DNA of 57,747 bases from a virus. Taxonomy: Duplodnaviria; Caudoviricetes. Shown here one piece after another: positions 57,149-57,747 of this stretch (the stretch's first letter is position 1; each line of letters starts with the position of its first letter). Where the stretch lies: positions 1 through 57,747 of the IMG/VR virus record IMGVR_UViG_3300033148_006757; one strand, 5' to 3'. Made by a program: the position numbers and the translations under genes. The notes under the pieces were generated by a model, which ran no database searches, was not told where the DNA came from, and saw only the letters and a list, made by a program, of their open reading frames with translations.

Positions 57149-57610
57149 AAAAAAGGGTCCCCGATCCTATTTAAGGTTCCGAAAAAATACTGGAAAATTT
57201 TTCGGAACCACAGCCCTTTTTTCGCCAGGATTCCCTAGAATTATTTCTCATTTATTTTCAGAATAAACCGGGGTGATATATCATAAAAAATAGAATGAAG
57301 GCTAGAGAACTCATAGAAAATTTTCCATATATTTTCACAGCAGTCACGGACATAATAGGATTAATGTTATATGAATCAATGCCCTAATCCGTAGGAATAG
57401 TTTTAGCATTAATGCAGGAATATCTCAATAATAACATAGCAGATAATGGCAGAATAAACATAATTATCTCAGAGATTCTTAACATCATGGCTGATAAAGA
57501 TAGTGATTTATCATATATTTTAAAACAAGGATCCGGAGAGAAAAAAATTCTTAGGAATACCGAAAATCCACGAGGAATTAACCTGTGAAATTAACCTATA
57601 AAATAACCTC
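57149..57610. repeat. boundary-conserved module C, with nested inverted repeat
   Basis: AAAAAAGGGTCCCCGATCCTATTTA at 57149; GGTTCCGAAAAA/TTTTTCGGAACC at 57175-57209; CGAGGAATTAACCT...TTAACCTA...AACCTC at 57571-57610. Confidence 0.8.
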
Positions 57611-57747
57611 TCTCTCTTATATCTTTCCGGATGATCTGGGCCGGTATACTCTCATATACAGACCACCCAGAATCCTCCGACATTTAAGCGGATGAATGCC
57701 TCTCAGAATCCTCTCGGATATATCAGATTATGCTTAAAGTATTTTAA

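Noticed and set aside
1-57747. Terminal repeats, circular closure or provirus att sites
   Set aside because: No match seen between the two ends, and no integrase or host genes flank the viral genes

Overview
This window looks like most of the genome of a tailed dsDNA virus (Caudoviricetes, probably siphovirus-like) of an anaerobic archaeon. Evidence: archaeal BRE/TATA promoters, GGAGG/GGTGA ribosome-binding sites, archaeal-type dUTPase, ThyA, RFC and PCNA-like genes, and a class III RNR. A methanogen/ANME-type host is inferred, not proven. Layout: (i) 1-5.7 kb, small genes, repeats and an extremely AT-rich tract; (ii) 5.7-12.8 kb, accessory virion/adhesin genes including a GH140-like glycosidase and a split LamG protein; (iii) 12.8-30 kb, TerL, portal, protease/scaffold, encapsulin-like HK97 capsid protein, tail tube, frameshifting chaperone, tape measure and tail tip; (iv) 30-35 kb on the minus strand, resolvase, primase fusion and XPD/DinG-like helicase; (v) 35.5-57 kb, recombination, replication and nucleotide metabolism. 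The standout is a candidate DNA base-hypermodification pathway (40-47.4 kb plus a dNMP kinase). It has three ThyA-superfamily paralogues (one with the dUMP-type Asn, two with the dCMP-type Asp), a ThyX-fold protein lacking canonical catalytic residues, a FAD enzyme resembling UDP-galactopyranose mutase, a HAD phosphatase and two nucleotide kinases. A second unexplained signal is three non-coding modules whose two conserved boundary motifs lie 417, 419 and 418 bp apart around unrelated interiors. I saw no integrase, tRNA, rRNA, CRISPR array or reverse transcriptase. All calls come from motif recognition by eye; no database searches were run.
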